NCBI GenBank assembly: GCA_963665095.1
Contig: OY762069.1
Coordinates: forward strand, 4,736,001-4,800,000
Length of the DNA stretch: 64,000 nucleotides
Direction of reading: 5' to 3'
Source: an uncultured Desulfobacter sp.
Lineage (GTDB): Bacteria > Desulfobacterota > Desulfobacteria > Desulfobacterales > Desulfobacteraceae
This document shows positions 29,860-39,517 of this stretch, one piece after another. Position numbers and translations under genes: made by a program. Position 1 is the first letter of the stretch. Each line of letters opens with the position of its first letter. Under the pieces are notes generated by a model. It did not search any database, had not been told where the DNA came from, and was given only the letters and a program-made list of their open reading frames with translations.

Positions 29860-31710
29860 ATGAAAAAAAACAGTGCAGTAAATGATAAATTAAGAAATGT
29901 TGCCATCATTGCCCATGTTGACCATGGGAAGACAACTCTGGTGGATGCCATGTTCAAGCAGAGTGGTATGTTCCGTGAGGGGCAGCAGGTGGATGACCGG
30001 CTCATGGACTCCATGGACCTGGAGCGGGAGCGTGGTATTACCATTGCCGCCAAAAACTGTTCCGTCACCTGCAATGGCGTGAAGATTAACATCATTGATA
30101 CCCCGGGCCATGCTGATTTTGGCGGTGAGGTGGAGCGGGCCCTGTCCATGGCGGACTCTGCGATTCTTTTGGTGGATGCATCCGAAGGGCCTTTGCCCCA
30201 GACCCGGTTTGTTCTGAAGAAAACCTTTGAAGCCGGGCTCCCTGTGCTCGTGATCATCAACAAGATTGACCGGAAGGATGCCCGGGCCGACGAGGTTCTG
30301 GACATGGTGTATGACCTGTTTATCGACCTGGGCGCCACGGACGAACAGCTGGATTTTACCTATCTTTATGCCATTGGCCGGGACGGAATTGTCAAACGGG
30401 AGCTGGATGAAGAGGTGGACAACCTGAAAGTTTTATTTGATATCATTATCAATGAAATGCCCGCACCGACCTATGATCCGGATGCACCCTTTCAGATGCT
30501 GGTGTCGGATCTGGGGTATTCCGATTACCTGGGCCGCCTTGCCATCGGCAAGGTATTTAACGGCTCTGCCGCATCCAATGCCTCCCTGGTCTGCCTGGAT
30601 GAGTCCGGAAAGCAGAAATCGCTTAAGGTGTCTAAACTTCAGTCCTACAGCGGGATGACCCTTGGTCCTGTGGAGATGGCTGAAACCGGTGATATTGTAG
30701 TGCTGGCCGGTATTGAGGAGGTAAAAATCGGGGATACCATCTGCACCCGGGAGGCGCCCCTGGCCCTGCCAAGAATAACGGTGGACGAACCCACCGTATT
30801 CATGCGGTTTGCCATCAACACCTCGCCGTTTGCAGGGAAAGAGGGTAAAAATGTCCAGTCCAGAAAGATCCGGGAGCGCCTGCTCAAGGAGACCCTGCTT
30901 AATGTGGCCATAGAGGTGGAAGAGAGCTCTGATGACGACAGCTTCATTGTCAAGGGCCGTGGTGAACTGCAGCTGGCCATTCTCATTGAGACCATGCGCC
31001 GGGAGGATTTTGAACTGTGTGTGGGGCGGCCCAAGGTAATTTACCGTGAGGAAAACGGCCAGACCCTGGAACCCATTGAGCATCTGTTCGTGGACTGCGA
31101 TGAGGACTTTATGGGCGTGGTCACTGAAAAGCTCTCCGTGAGAAAGGGCAAGATGACCAACCTGGTGAACAACGGAAAAGGCCGTGTGCGCCTGGAGTTC
31201 TCCATTCCCTCGCGTTCCCTGATCGGGTACAGGGACGAATTTATGACCGACACCCGGGGTACGGGCATTCTGAATTCCTACCTTTCAGGGTATGAACCCT
31301 ATCGCGGGGAGTTCCCCGTTCGTTACACCGGCTCCCTTGTGTGTGACCGCCAGGGCAAGGCCGTACCCTATGCCCTGTTCAACCTGGAACCCCGGGGGCG
31401 CCTGTTCATCACCCCGGGGACACCTGTATACGAAGGCATGGTCATTGGCGAGCACAACCGCCATTCAGACATTGACGTCAATGCCTGCAAGGAGAAAAAG
31501 CTGACCAACATGCGGGCATCCGGCAAGGATGAAGCCACCATCTGTTCTCCTGTCAAACCCATGACCCTTGAACAGGCCATCCATTTCATCCGCGACGATG
31601 AAATGGTGGAGATCACCCCGGCCTCCATCCGCATCCGCAAAGTGGAACTTAACGCTGCCAAACGCCATATCCTGGCCGGCAAACTAAAGAAAAAAGAGAC
31701 AGACGCCTAA
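29860..31710 (+). CDS. typA: Translational GTPase TypA/BipA
   Basis: IAHVDHGKTTLVD, ERERGITI, DTPGHADFGGEVER, GRGELQL, KKLTNMRASG. Confidence 0.98.
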   Translation: MKKNSAVNDKLRNVAIIAHVDHGKTTLVDAMFKQSGMFREGQQVDDRLMDSMDLERERGITIAAKNCSVTCNGVKINIIDTPGHADFGGEVERALSMADSAILLVDASEGPLPQTRFVLKKTFEAGLPVLVIINKIDRKDARADEVLDMVYDLFIDLGATDEQLDFTYLYAIGRDGIVKRELDEEVDNLKVLFDIIINEMPAPTYDPDAPFQMLVSDLGYSDYLGRLAIGKVFNGSAASNASLVCLDESGKQKSLKVSKLQSYSGMTLGPVEMAETGDIVVLAGIEEVKIGDTICTREAPLALPRITVDEPTVFMRFAINTSPFAGKEGKNVQSRKIRERLLKETLLNVAIEVEESSDDDSFIVKGRGELQLAILIETMRREDFELCVGRPKVIYREENGQTLEPIEHLFVDCDEDFMGVVTEKLSVRKGKMTNLVNNGKGRVRLEFSIPSRSLIGYRDEFMTDTRGTGILNSYLSGYEPYRGEFPVRYTGSLVCDRQGKAVPYALFNLEPRGRLFITPGTPVYEGMVIGEHNRHSDIDVNACKEKKLTNMRASGKDEATICSPVKPMTLEQAIHFIRDDEMVEITPASIRIRKVELNAAKRHILAGKLKKKETDA

Positions 31711-31719
31711 ACAAAAAAA

Positions 31720-31778
31720 ATAAATGGGGTCAGAGTAAAATTAAATTGCCAATTTAATTTTACTCTGACCCCATTTAT
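31720..31778. repeat. Long perfect palindrome (REP-like), copy A
   Basis: 29-bp arms ATAAATGGGGTCAGAGTAAAATTAAATTG around a 1-nt loop, just after the typA stop. Confidence 0.85.
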
Positions 31779-31983
31779 ATATTTCATAACAAAAGAACAA
31801 AGTTTTTTACAAATTATATTTACGGCCATAATTAAAAATAGTATACGAAGGATCTTAAGTCATAGAAGAGGCCGCAGGAGTAAATGAATTTTTGAGTAAT
31901 TCTGCGGGAATGTTGGCATTTTCACGGGGTGGGATTTGGCGTAACTGATCGGAACTTCTAGAATTTCAAGTTGAGGTGATGCC

Positions 31984-34056
31984 ATGAACAAGGAAAAAAA
32001 TTCACGGTTTTTCTGGCTTAAATCTGCTTATGGCCCCAAGGCCGACGAGGTGCTTGCGCTGCTTGGGCCTGCGCAGGATCAGATCTCTTCCGCCGTGGAC
32101 CATTTTTATCGGAAAGTCCTGGAAATCCCTGCAGCCCACACCATTTTTGAAAACGTTGCCCTGGAAGAGTTCCAATATCAGCAAACCACCCAGTCTGAGT
32201 ATCTCTCCATCATCCTGTCTCCGGGCGTTACCCTGGACCAGCATCGCCAGATGGCCCTTAAGGCCGGGTATTACCACTGCTTTGTCGGGGTCTCCACCGA
32301 GCTGCTCACAGAAGCCTTCGTTTTGTATACAGATATCGCCAACCGCCTCTCATCAGGGCGTCCCAATGAGGAGACATTAAAGGATATCATTTTCCGGCGC
32401 CTGCAGTTTGACGTGATCACCCAGATTGAAGCCTATGCCTCGGTCCAGTATAACCGCCTTGAGGTGTACAATCACATCAGCCGCCAGAAAGACCGGACCA
32501 CCACCCTGGACCTGATGCAGGCCGTGTTGAAGATGCTGCTTAAATCCTTTAACAAGGACCTGGCAGGTGTGGCGTTTGGCAGCGTGCGGAATGGCAACTA
32601 CAGACATCTTCTTTCCCAGGGGAGGGTCCCGTTTGGTCCGGGCGGGGAAAATAAGTACCCCACCGTTAAAATCCGCAAAGTTGAAGAGGCCTGGTTTCAG
32701 GAAAGATCTTTTGTAAGAAATCATATTCATGATGATGCCGAGGAAATGGGCAGCCTGGAATACGCCTGCATTGAAAAGGGGATCCGTTCCTTCGGTTTTT
32801 TCATTCTGCATGATCTTCAAAACGTGCCCAAGGCCTATCTGCTTGTCTGCGGCAACTATCCGGGCTATTTTGCCGATAAATCCATGCGCTATTACTGGAA
32901 CCATCTCGCCGATCTGGTGGGCAGTAATTTTGACATGATTGAGCGCTCCCGGGCCAAGCGCTTGAGTCGCCTGGCTGACGGTGTGATGTACCGGCAGCTT
33001 CTGGCCAGACAGCAGGTAAACATGCACTACCAGCCCATTGTGGACCCGTCCACAGGCCGGACCGTAAAGGTCGAGGCCCTTGCCCGGCTGGAGGACGGGG
33101 AGAAGATGTATTCACCAGGTCTCTTTCTGCCCATGTTTGGCGGCAGCCAGTTGCGGGATCTGTTTGAAATCGGTGTTGAACAGGTCCTCAAAGGGCTTTC
33201 CTCCATTGGCCCTGAACCACCGTTATGTAGCATTAATCTGCCTCCTGAAGTCATGCTGGACCTGGACTGGCTGACAGAACTGCCTGATTATCTCCTAAAT
33301 GCCGGTGCCACCCCGGACCGGATCTGCCTAGAAATTCTGGAAACCTCCCTCCATGATATACCTGAAGTGATGAACCGGATTTTTCAACTGCGGGAGGCCG
33401 GCTATGCCATATTCCTTGATGATGTCGGGGCCGGTGAGTCCTCCCTGCTGCGCCTGGTCAATCTGCCGGTCTCCGGTATCAAGATTGATCAAAGCTTTGT
33501 ACGCTCCCTGCCGCACAGCTGTGAAAATATAGATGTGATTCTCTCGCTACGGTTCCTGGCCCTGCACCGGGGCCTTGAGTGTGTGGCCGAAGGCGTTGAA
33601 AATACGGATATTGTGGATACGCTGTACCACATGAACAAGGGACCTGTGCTGTTCCAGGGGTATGCCTATGCCAAACCCATGCCGCTGTCCGGCCTGGCCC
33701 AATGGATGGCCCGGGATAGTGAGCGCCGGCCCGAGTCTGAGGACCCCCAGACCCTTTTCGGCTGGTATGCCGGACATGTGGGGCGGCTGTTCACCATCCG
33801 CAATGCCTTTTACTCGATCCCGGACTTGCTCAGCATTGAAAGCCTCCAGGATGCCGAGCGCTGCCCTTTGCACGAAAATATCCGGCAGATCGGCGGCAGC
33901 CCTGAAATTGAAAAGGCCCACCGGGAATGGCATGAAAAGTATGCCCGTTTTGTCAAACTGATACAGGCCGGTTCAACAGCCCAGGAGCTGTGGCAGGACA
34001 TTGAACGGTCAAACCGCCAACTCCGCAGCCTGATAAAAGAAACCACCAGCAAATAA
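31984..34056 (+). CDS. Globin-sensor + GAF-like + EAL phosphodiesterase + CZB-like protein
   Basis: N-terminal protoglobin-like region (VDHFY...AGYYHCFVGV); EAL motifs YQPIV, EALAR, EILE, DDVGAG, KIDQSF, EGVE, QGY; C-terminal H...CPL...HREWH. Confidence 0.8.
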   Translation: MNKEKNSRFFWLKSAYGPKADEVLALLGPAQDQISSAVDHFYRKVLEIPAAHTIFENVALEEFQYQQTTQSEYLSIILSPGVTLDQHRQMALKAGYYHCFVGVSTELLTEAFVLYTDIANRLSSGRPNEETLKDIIFRRLQFDVITQIEAYASVQYNRLEVYNHISRQKDRTTTLDLMQAVLKMLLKSFNKDLAGVAFGSVRNGNYRHLLSQGRVPFGPGGENKYPTVKIRKVEEAWFQERSFVRNHIHDDAEEMGSLEYACIEKGIRSFGFFILHDLQNVPKAYLLVCGNYPGYFADKSMRYYWNHLADLVGSNFDMIERSRAKRLSRLADGVMYRQLLARQQVNMHYQPIVDPSTGRTVKVEALARLEDGEKMYSPGLFLPMFGGSQLRDLFEIGVEQVLKGLSSIGPEPPLCSINLPPEVMLDLDWLTELPDYLLNAGATPDRICLEILETSLHDIPEVMNRIFQLREAGYAIFLDDVGAGESSLLRLVNLPVSGIKIDQSFVRSLPHSCENIDVILSLRFLALHRGLECVAEGVENTDIVDTLYHMNKGPVLFQGYAYAKPMPLSGLAQWMARDSERRPESEDPQTLFGWYAGHVGRLFTIRNAFYSIPDLLSIESLQDAERCPLHENIRQIGGSPEIEKAHREWHEKYARFVKLIQAGSTAQELWQDIERSNRQLRSLIKETTSK

Positions 34057-34116
34057 TTGGGGTCAGAGTAAAATTAAATTGTGCGCAATTTAATTTTACT
34101 CTGACCCCAATTATTT
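34051..34116. repeat. Long palindrome (REP-like), copy B; probable bidirectional terminator
   Basis: 31-bp arms AAATAATTGGGGTCAGAGTAAAATTAAATTG with a 4-nt loop, filling the gap between convergent stops. Confidence 0.85.
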
Positions 34117-34637
34117 TATAGTTCTGTTATTAGCCTGTTGATGGTCTGGAGGTACTCTTCCCGTTTGATTTCATGGCCGTTTTCCAGGTCTGCCTTGAAC
34201 CGCTCCAGGGCTTGCCGGGTGTGCGTGCGGACTTTATTGGTCTGATTCAGGGTTCTGGACATGGTATTGAGATCGTTTTCAAGTTCCGAAAACCAGTCGC
34301 CTTTTCTGAAGCTGATATGCTGCTCAGGCGGATGCCCCTGGGCCATTTCCGACATGATTATACGCAATTTTTTTATAGGCCCGGCAATGGTGGTGGTGCG
34401 CCTGGCAATAAAGAAGAGAACCCCTGCAATAAAAAGCAGACAGAGTATCGCCAGGATAACCAGAGAGCTGGTATTACAGGACACGGTCAGATTACTGTCC
34501 AGGTAAATCAGATAAAACCAGGACATGGCAAAACCGGTGAGCAGGATACCGGGAATTTGCAGCACAGCAACAAAAAAGGCCCACCCCAGCTGCAATTTGG
34601 GATTGACGATTACTTTACGTTTGAATTTGTTTTTCAT
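34116..34637 (-). CDS. Two-TM HAMP-like membrane protein
   Basis: 2 TMs, then IAGPIKKL...FRKGDWFSELENDLN. Confidence 0.65.
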   Translation of the reverse strand: MKNKFKRKVIVNPKLQLGWAFFVAVLQIPGILLTGFAMSWFYLIYLDSNLTVSCNTSSLVILAILCLLFIAGVLFFIARRTTTIAGPIKKLRIIMSEMAQGHPPEQHISFRKGDWFSELENDLNTMSRTLNQTNKVRTHTRQALERFKADLENGHEIKREEYLQTINRLITEL

Positions 34638-34648
34638 GCTTCTCCTCT

Positions 34649-35029
34649 TTACGGCCCTGTACGGGTCATATCATCTTCTGTTCCAATAAGTCCGTCCGGC
34701 CCGGGGCTCTGAAGGGTATAGGCTTTACCATCCCGGGAGAGCAGGTAGACCATATCATTTCCCCAATGATCCACCATGACAGCCTTTTGTTCGTTTTCCT
34801 TGAAATTCTGTTCCAGCCAGCGCTCAAACCGCTTTTCTGTGGGCAGCCGACCCTTTTTCAAATATTCATAATCCAGCATCAGGCTGATGGTCCGCATATC
34901 CCCAGCCGTGGCCACCTGGCGGGCCATGGCCGTGGTTTCATCGTAAAACTGCATGATGCTGTCGGAATTCCCGGCAATCAGCCCCAGGGTAATTCCGCCC
35001 ATAATCAGCCGTCGAATAATTTCAACCAT
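34649..35029 (-). CDS. GspG-like pseudopilin domain protein without a class III cleavage site
   Basis: DHWGN...YTLQSPGPDG..GTEDD, the GspG C-terminal motif. Confidence 0.7.
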   Translation of the reverse strand: MVEIIRRLIMGGITLGLIAGNSDSIMQFYDETTAMARQVATAGDMRTISLMLDYEYLKKGRLPTEKRFERWLEQNFKENEQKAVMVDHWGNDMVYLLSRDGKAYTLQSPGPDGLIGTEDDMTRTGP

Positions 35030-35043
35030 AATCAGTTACCGGC

Positions 35044-35598
35044 CTATGCTGCCGGATGCTCCACTGTATTTTCGCTGTTTGTAATTTTACGTTTTTTTAA
35101 CCGGAGAAGGGCCAGGATTCCCACTCCCAGTGCAAGGCCTGCAATACTGACCGGCATCACATATTTTTTATAGTAATAGGCGGTTTTTTTAACATAGGTA
35201 TACATCTCAACCGGTGTCTTGCCCGGCACCTCAAATGCCCAGATTCCGGAGTCAAGCCGGACAATAGTGGCATGGTCCTCGAAGATTCCTTTGCCCTGCT
35301 TGATATCTTTGGCTTTGAATCCTTTGCTCATATCAAGCGTTTTAAACCGGACTATGGCACGATCTCCCTGCTGGTCCACGCCCAGGAATGTGTTTACATA
35401 AAACCGTTTCTCCGGCCTTTCAAATTTCCCCTTGTAAAACTCCCTGTGTACATAGGATTCGAAAAAGTAAGCAATATCATCAATGGTGAGCACCTCCTTT
35501 TCCAGAGGCACCCTCATCCGGCCTTTGGTGCTGTGGGCCATGGCCTGGGACTGGAACCCGAACACCAGAACCAGACAAAACAGAAAAATGTGTTTCAT
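35044..35598 (-). CDS. Exported protein with C-terminal TM anchor
   Basis: Signal peptide ending AMA then HSTKGR; C-terminal TM followed by LKKRK. Confidence 0.65.
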   Translation of the reverse strand: MKHIFLFCLVLVFGFQSQAMAHSTKGRMRVPLEKEVLTIDDIAYFFESYVHREFYKGKFERPEKRFYVNTFLGVDQQGDRAIVRFKTLDMSKGFKAKDIKQGKGIFEDHATIVRLDSGIWAFEVPGKTPVEMYTYVKKTAYYYKKYVMPVSIAGLALGVGILALLRLKKRKITNSENTVEHPAA

Positions 35599-35664
35599 AA
35601 AATCACCTCTTGCAGTTTGAAGCGTTATTTCCATAATGATCTTAAAGTCAGTTAATCACATTCA

Positions 35665-36579
35665 TCAGGCCGCATCCCCGTCACCACCGCCCTTGGCCGT
35701 ACGTTCCAGGATAAAAGCGTCCAGCTTGTCCTGGTTCACCTTGACCTTATATTCTTCTTTCAGGCGGTCATAGGTGTTCTGCCACGCTTCCCGGTATCTG
35801 GCATAAAGCAGATCATTGCGGATATAGGCCGCTTTTTCTTCATAGGAATGCACCACAGGGTCTGTTTTTGATACCAGTTCAAACAGATACCATGCCGCAT
35901 CTATATTATGGGGGCCGGATAAGCTGCCCGGTTCAAGTGTTGCAATGACCTGTCGCCAGGCCGGCTTAAATTTTTTCAGGGACCTGGTTCCGATGTCACC
36001 GCCCCTGTTCGCCGTCTGTTTGTCCACGGAATAACGGGCCGCCGCCTCAATAAAATCCATCTGTGCCCCCTCAATGATCTGGCGCGCCTCAAGAGCTGTC
36101 TGTTCATCACTGGCTTTAATCATTCGTACACTGAGCAGGGACGGGCTGGTATAGCTCTCCTGGTTGGTTTCATAAAACTCTTTGAGCTGGTCCTCAGTGA
36201 ATTGGTCTTTATCGATTTGGGGCACCAGATGTTCCTGCATCACTTTTAAGAACAAGTCCGACATATACGCATGGATCTGCGCCCGGATCCGGGGATCCTG
36301 GTGCAAGTTCTCTTTCAGGCCTTTGGCAATGATCATTTCCATATTCACGGCATGATCAAAAACAAACTCAGGGGTTAGCTGTTCTGGCCGGCCTCTGAAC
36401 TGTGACGAGTTTTTTAATTTTTCATAATGGGCGTCCAGATCCTGGGCCGTGAGACACCCGCCGTCAAACTCCACCAACGCATCATCCCTGGAATTGCATC
36501 CCCAAAGGCAGACACACAAACAACTGATAAGTAGAACCGCTGGAAAAAGAAACCGAGCTTTCTTCATGTTTTTCTCCAT
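35665..36579 (-). CDS. PpiC-type peptidyl-prolyl isomerase lipoprotein
   Basis: Lipobox LWGC; F.EAAARYSVD..TANRGGDIG. Confidence 0.82.
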   Translation of the reverse strand: MEKNMKKARFLFPAVLLISCLCVCLWGCNSRDDALVEFDGGCLTAQDLDAHYEKLKNSSQFRGRPEQLTPEFVFDHAVNMEMIIAKGLKENLHQDPRIRAQIHAYMSDLFLKVMQEHLVPQIDKDQFTEDQLKEFYETNQESYTSPSLLSVRMIKASDEQTALEARQIIEGAQMDFIEAAARYSVDKQTANRGGDIGTRSLKKFKPAWRQVIATLEPGSLSGPHNIDAAWYLFELVSKTDPVVHSYEEKAAYIRNDLLYARYREAWQNTYDRLKEEYKVKVNQDKLDAFILERTAKGGGDGDAA

Positions 36580-36620
36580 TTAAATATTATATGCCTCGCT
36601 ATTTAGTTAAACGTGACCCG

Positions 36621-37820
36621 TTATTGGGCGTATAGAGCAAACATCCCTGCCACCAGCCCCCAAGCTACGTATCCCACAATCGAACCCAGGATGATAATCA
36701 GCACCGGCTCAATCATGGCAGTCATCTTGGCAATTTTGCTCTCCAGGATCTGCTCATGCAGATTCTCCACAGACCGCATGGACTGATCCATCAACCCTGT
36801 CTCCTCGCCAATTTTGATCATGGCCTGGAACATAGGCGTGAAAAACCGCTTTCCCTTCAGGGCTGAAGAGAGGGCCAGCCCGGCCATAACCCGCTGGTTC
36901 ATATCCTCGATGAGACGTTTCACCTCCAGGTTGGGCACAGTACCTGCCACGGAATTCAGGCTGTCAATCAGGGTAATCCCGCTTTCCAGAAGCGATGCAA
37001 AGGTCCTTGCAAACTGGACGATCACCCCGTAGCGCATGATCGGGCCGACCACGGGAACATGGATTTTATACCGGTCAATGTATAACCGGGTGGACGGGGT
37101 TGCCATCAGCAGGACAATAAGCCCTGTCAGGATAAAGGCGCCTGTAAAAATACCCATGACATTGGATTGCAGAAACTGGGAGGCATCCAGCAGGAACTGG
37201 GTGTTGGCGGGCAGTTTGCGCCCCTGCAGAAGTGTGGCAAATTTAGGAATCACAAAGCCCACAAAAAAGCCGATCACCACAACCGTGACCACAAGAATCA
37301 CAGAGGGGTAGATCATGCTCAACACCATTTTGCGCCGCAGGGCGGCTTTGCCCTCCAGGTAATCAGATATCCGATCCAGGACCACATCCAGAATACCGCC
37401 AAGCTCTCCGGCCCGGATCATGTTCACCACAAGCGTGGAAAAAATTTTGGGATACTTGGCAAAGGCATCCGAGAGCCGGACACCGCCTTCAATATCCCCC
37501 TTGATATTGATCAGCGCGTTCCTCATGGTCCGGGACTCCGACTGCATGTGCAAGATTCCCATGGACTCGGAGATGCTTAGATTGGAGTGGATCAGGGAAG
37601 AGAACATCCGGAAAAACAGCACCAGCTCCTTGGTGCCCACCCCAAAAGAAAACGGCATCCCGCCGATTCCGGCCGCTGCACCCGTGAGTTCATAAATATC
37701 CTGGATAATAAACCCGTCCGCCGTTAGCAGCCGGGCAGCCGCCCCTTCATCCGGAGCTGTAATAGTGTTTTTGACCTTGTTACCTTCCGGGTCCACCGCA
37801 GAGTATTTAAAAATGGGCAT
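36621..37820 (-). CDS. PilC/GspF inner-membrane platform protein
   Basis: AGELGG.LD, YP..IL, LLESGI.L, GEETG, MIEP. Confidence 0.93.
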   Translation of the reverse strand: MPIFKYSAVDPEGNKVKNTITAPDEGAAARLLTADGFIIQDIYELTGAAAGIGGMPFSFGVGTKELVLFFRMFSSLIHSNLSISESMGILHMQSESRTMRNALINIKGDIEGGVRLSDAFAKYPKIFSTLVVNMIRAGELGGILDVVLDRISDYLEGKAALRRKMVLSMIYPSVILVVTVVVIGFFVGFVIPKFATLLQGRKLPANTQFLLDASQFLQSNVMGIFTGAFILTGLIVLLMATPSTRLYIDRYKIHVPVVGPIMRYGVIVQFARTFASLLESGITLIDSLNSVAGTVPNLEVKRLIEDMNQRVMAGLALSSALKGKRFFTPMFQAMIKIGEETGLMDQSMRSVENLHEQILESKIAKMTAMIEPVLIIILGSIVGYVAWGLVAGMFALYAQ

Positions 37821-37832
37821 GATGGTAACTCC

Positions 37833-39482
37833 TTACCCCAGGGTTACCCGGGCGATCTCTTCGGGGGTGGTTCTGCCCTGCCGGATTTTGTCAATTCCAT
37901 CCGACCGCATGGTCCGGTAAGCGGTATGTGCCAGGGCATAATCCCGGATCTGCTCGAAAGTGGCCCGTTGCATGATCAGGGAGCGGATCTGTTCATCCAC
38001 GGAAAGCAGTTCATACAGCCCCATTCTGCCCCGGTAGCCGTTGGTGCAGTTGGGACAACCCTTACCCCTCTGGACATCAAAGCATTCGTCGGCATCACAC
38101 TCCAGCATGGACAATTCCGAAGGTGTCACTCTGTGGGATCCGGTACAGGAGGGACACACCTTTCTAACCAGGCGCTGGGCCAGTACCGCCCTTACAGAGG
38201 CTGCCACCAGAAACGGCTCGGCCCCCATGTCAATCATCCTGGAAAAGGCGGACGGCGCATCATTGGTATGCAGGGTGGAGAGTACCAGATGCCCGGTGAC
38301 TGCTGCCCGAAGCGCAATATCCAGGGTTTCGGAATCCCGAATCTCACCCACCATGATAATGTCCGGGTCCTGGCGCAAAATGGCCCGCAGCGCATTGGCG
38401 AAGGAGAGCTTTTCCCCGGAATCCACCTGGGTCTGGTTGATGCCCCGCAAACCCAGTTCCACAGGATCCTCAATGGTGGTGATATTGGTGGCTTCACTTC
38501 TCAATGCCTGCAAAGATCCGTAAAGGGTGGTGGATTTACCGGACCCTGTGGGCCCTGTAACCAGCACAATTCCGTAGGGTGCGGTCACAGCCCGGTTGAA
38601 TTCGGTCAGCATTTCATGGGTCATGCCCAGCCCGTCCATGTCAATGATCTCGTCATGGGGAGGCAACAGCCGCAGCACGGCTTTTTCTCCGTTGGTCACA
38701 GGCAACGTACTCACCCGCACATTCACCCCGTCCATGGAGAGATTCAACAGCTTGGGTTCAAAGAGAAAAGAGCCGTCCTGGGCCCTTCTGCGTTCAGAAA
38801 TATCCAAACCAGCCATCACCTTGATCCGGGAGACAATCCGGGCCGCCAGGTCAAAGGGCAGCACTTCGGTTCGGGTCATCTGTCCGTCGATTCTGAACCG
38901 GATCACCAGCTCATCCATCTCCGGTTCCACATGAATATCCGATGCCCCGGCATTCACCGCCCGGATCATCAGCTTTTCAAGTAGTTCAATAATTAAGGTG
39001 GAGTTCTCACCAGAGAGCATGGCCTCGGGTCGGATGGTGGTGTCAAATCCCATGCTGTAGCAATGGTTCTGCAGTTTTTTCACCCTGGACCGGGTGGTGA
39101 GCACCAGCTTAATCTGCCGCTTGGAAAGCCGGGACATATTCTGGATCACGGCCTGGGGCACTGGCCCTGAACAGGCCAGAAGAATCTCATTGTTCTCACC
39201 CAGGGCCACGGGCAACACCCCTGACTTAAGACACATCTTCTGTGGGATGAGATTCACCAGATCCCTGCGCACGTCCAGTACGGTCTCGGACATCAGTGGA
39301 ATGCCCAGGAAATCAGACAGATCCTGGAGCATGCGACCCTGTTCCAGAAGCCCGTCCTTGACCGCGACATCCCCGAATTTTTCTTTGGAGATTTTCTGCT
39401 TGGAGACAAGGGTTGTGACCTGTTCCTGGGTTAAGGCCCCCTGGTTGACCAGATATTCTCCAAATCGCTCTTTTCTTGCCAT
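37833..39482 (-). CDS. PilB/GspE assembly ATPase
   Basis: ASDIHVEP, GPTGSGKSTT, TIEDPVE, LRQDPDIIMVGEIRD, tetracysteine motif; N-terminal RFGEYLV (MshEN-like). Confidence 0.95.
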   Translation of the reverse strand: MARKERFGEYLVNQGALTQEQVTTLVSKQKISKEKFGDVAVKDGLLEQGRMLQDLSDFLGIPLMSETVLDVRRDLVNLIPQKMCLKSGVLPVALGENNEILLACSGPVPQAVIQNMSRLSKRQIKLVLTTRSRVKKLQNHCYSMGFDTTIRPEAMLSGENSTLIIELLEKLMIRAVNAGASDIHVEPEMDELVIRFRIDGQMTRTEVLPFDLAARIVSRIKVMAGLDISERRRAQDGSFLFEPKLLNLSMDGVNVRVSTLPVTNGEKAVLRLLPPHDEIIDMDGLGMTHEMLTEFNRAVTAPYGIVLVTGPTGSGKSTTLYGSLQALRSEATNITTIEDPVELGLRGINQTQVDSGEKLSFANALRAILRQDPDIIMVGEIRDSETLDIALRAAVTGHLVLSTLHTNDAPSAFSRMIDMGAEPFLVAASVRAVLAQRLVRKVCPSCTGSHRVTPSELSMLECDADECFDVQRGKGCPNCTNGYRGRMGLYELLSVDEQIRSLIMQRATFEQIRDYALAHTAYRTMRSDGIDKIRQGRTTPEEIARVTLG

Positions 39483-39517
39483 GTGTCGGGTATTCCTATT
39501 TTAGGACAGTCACTATA

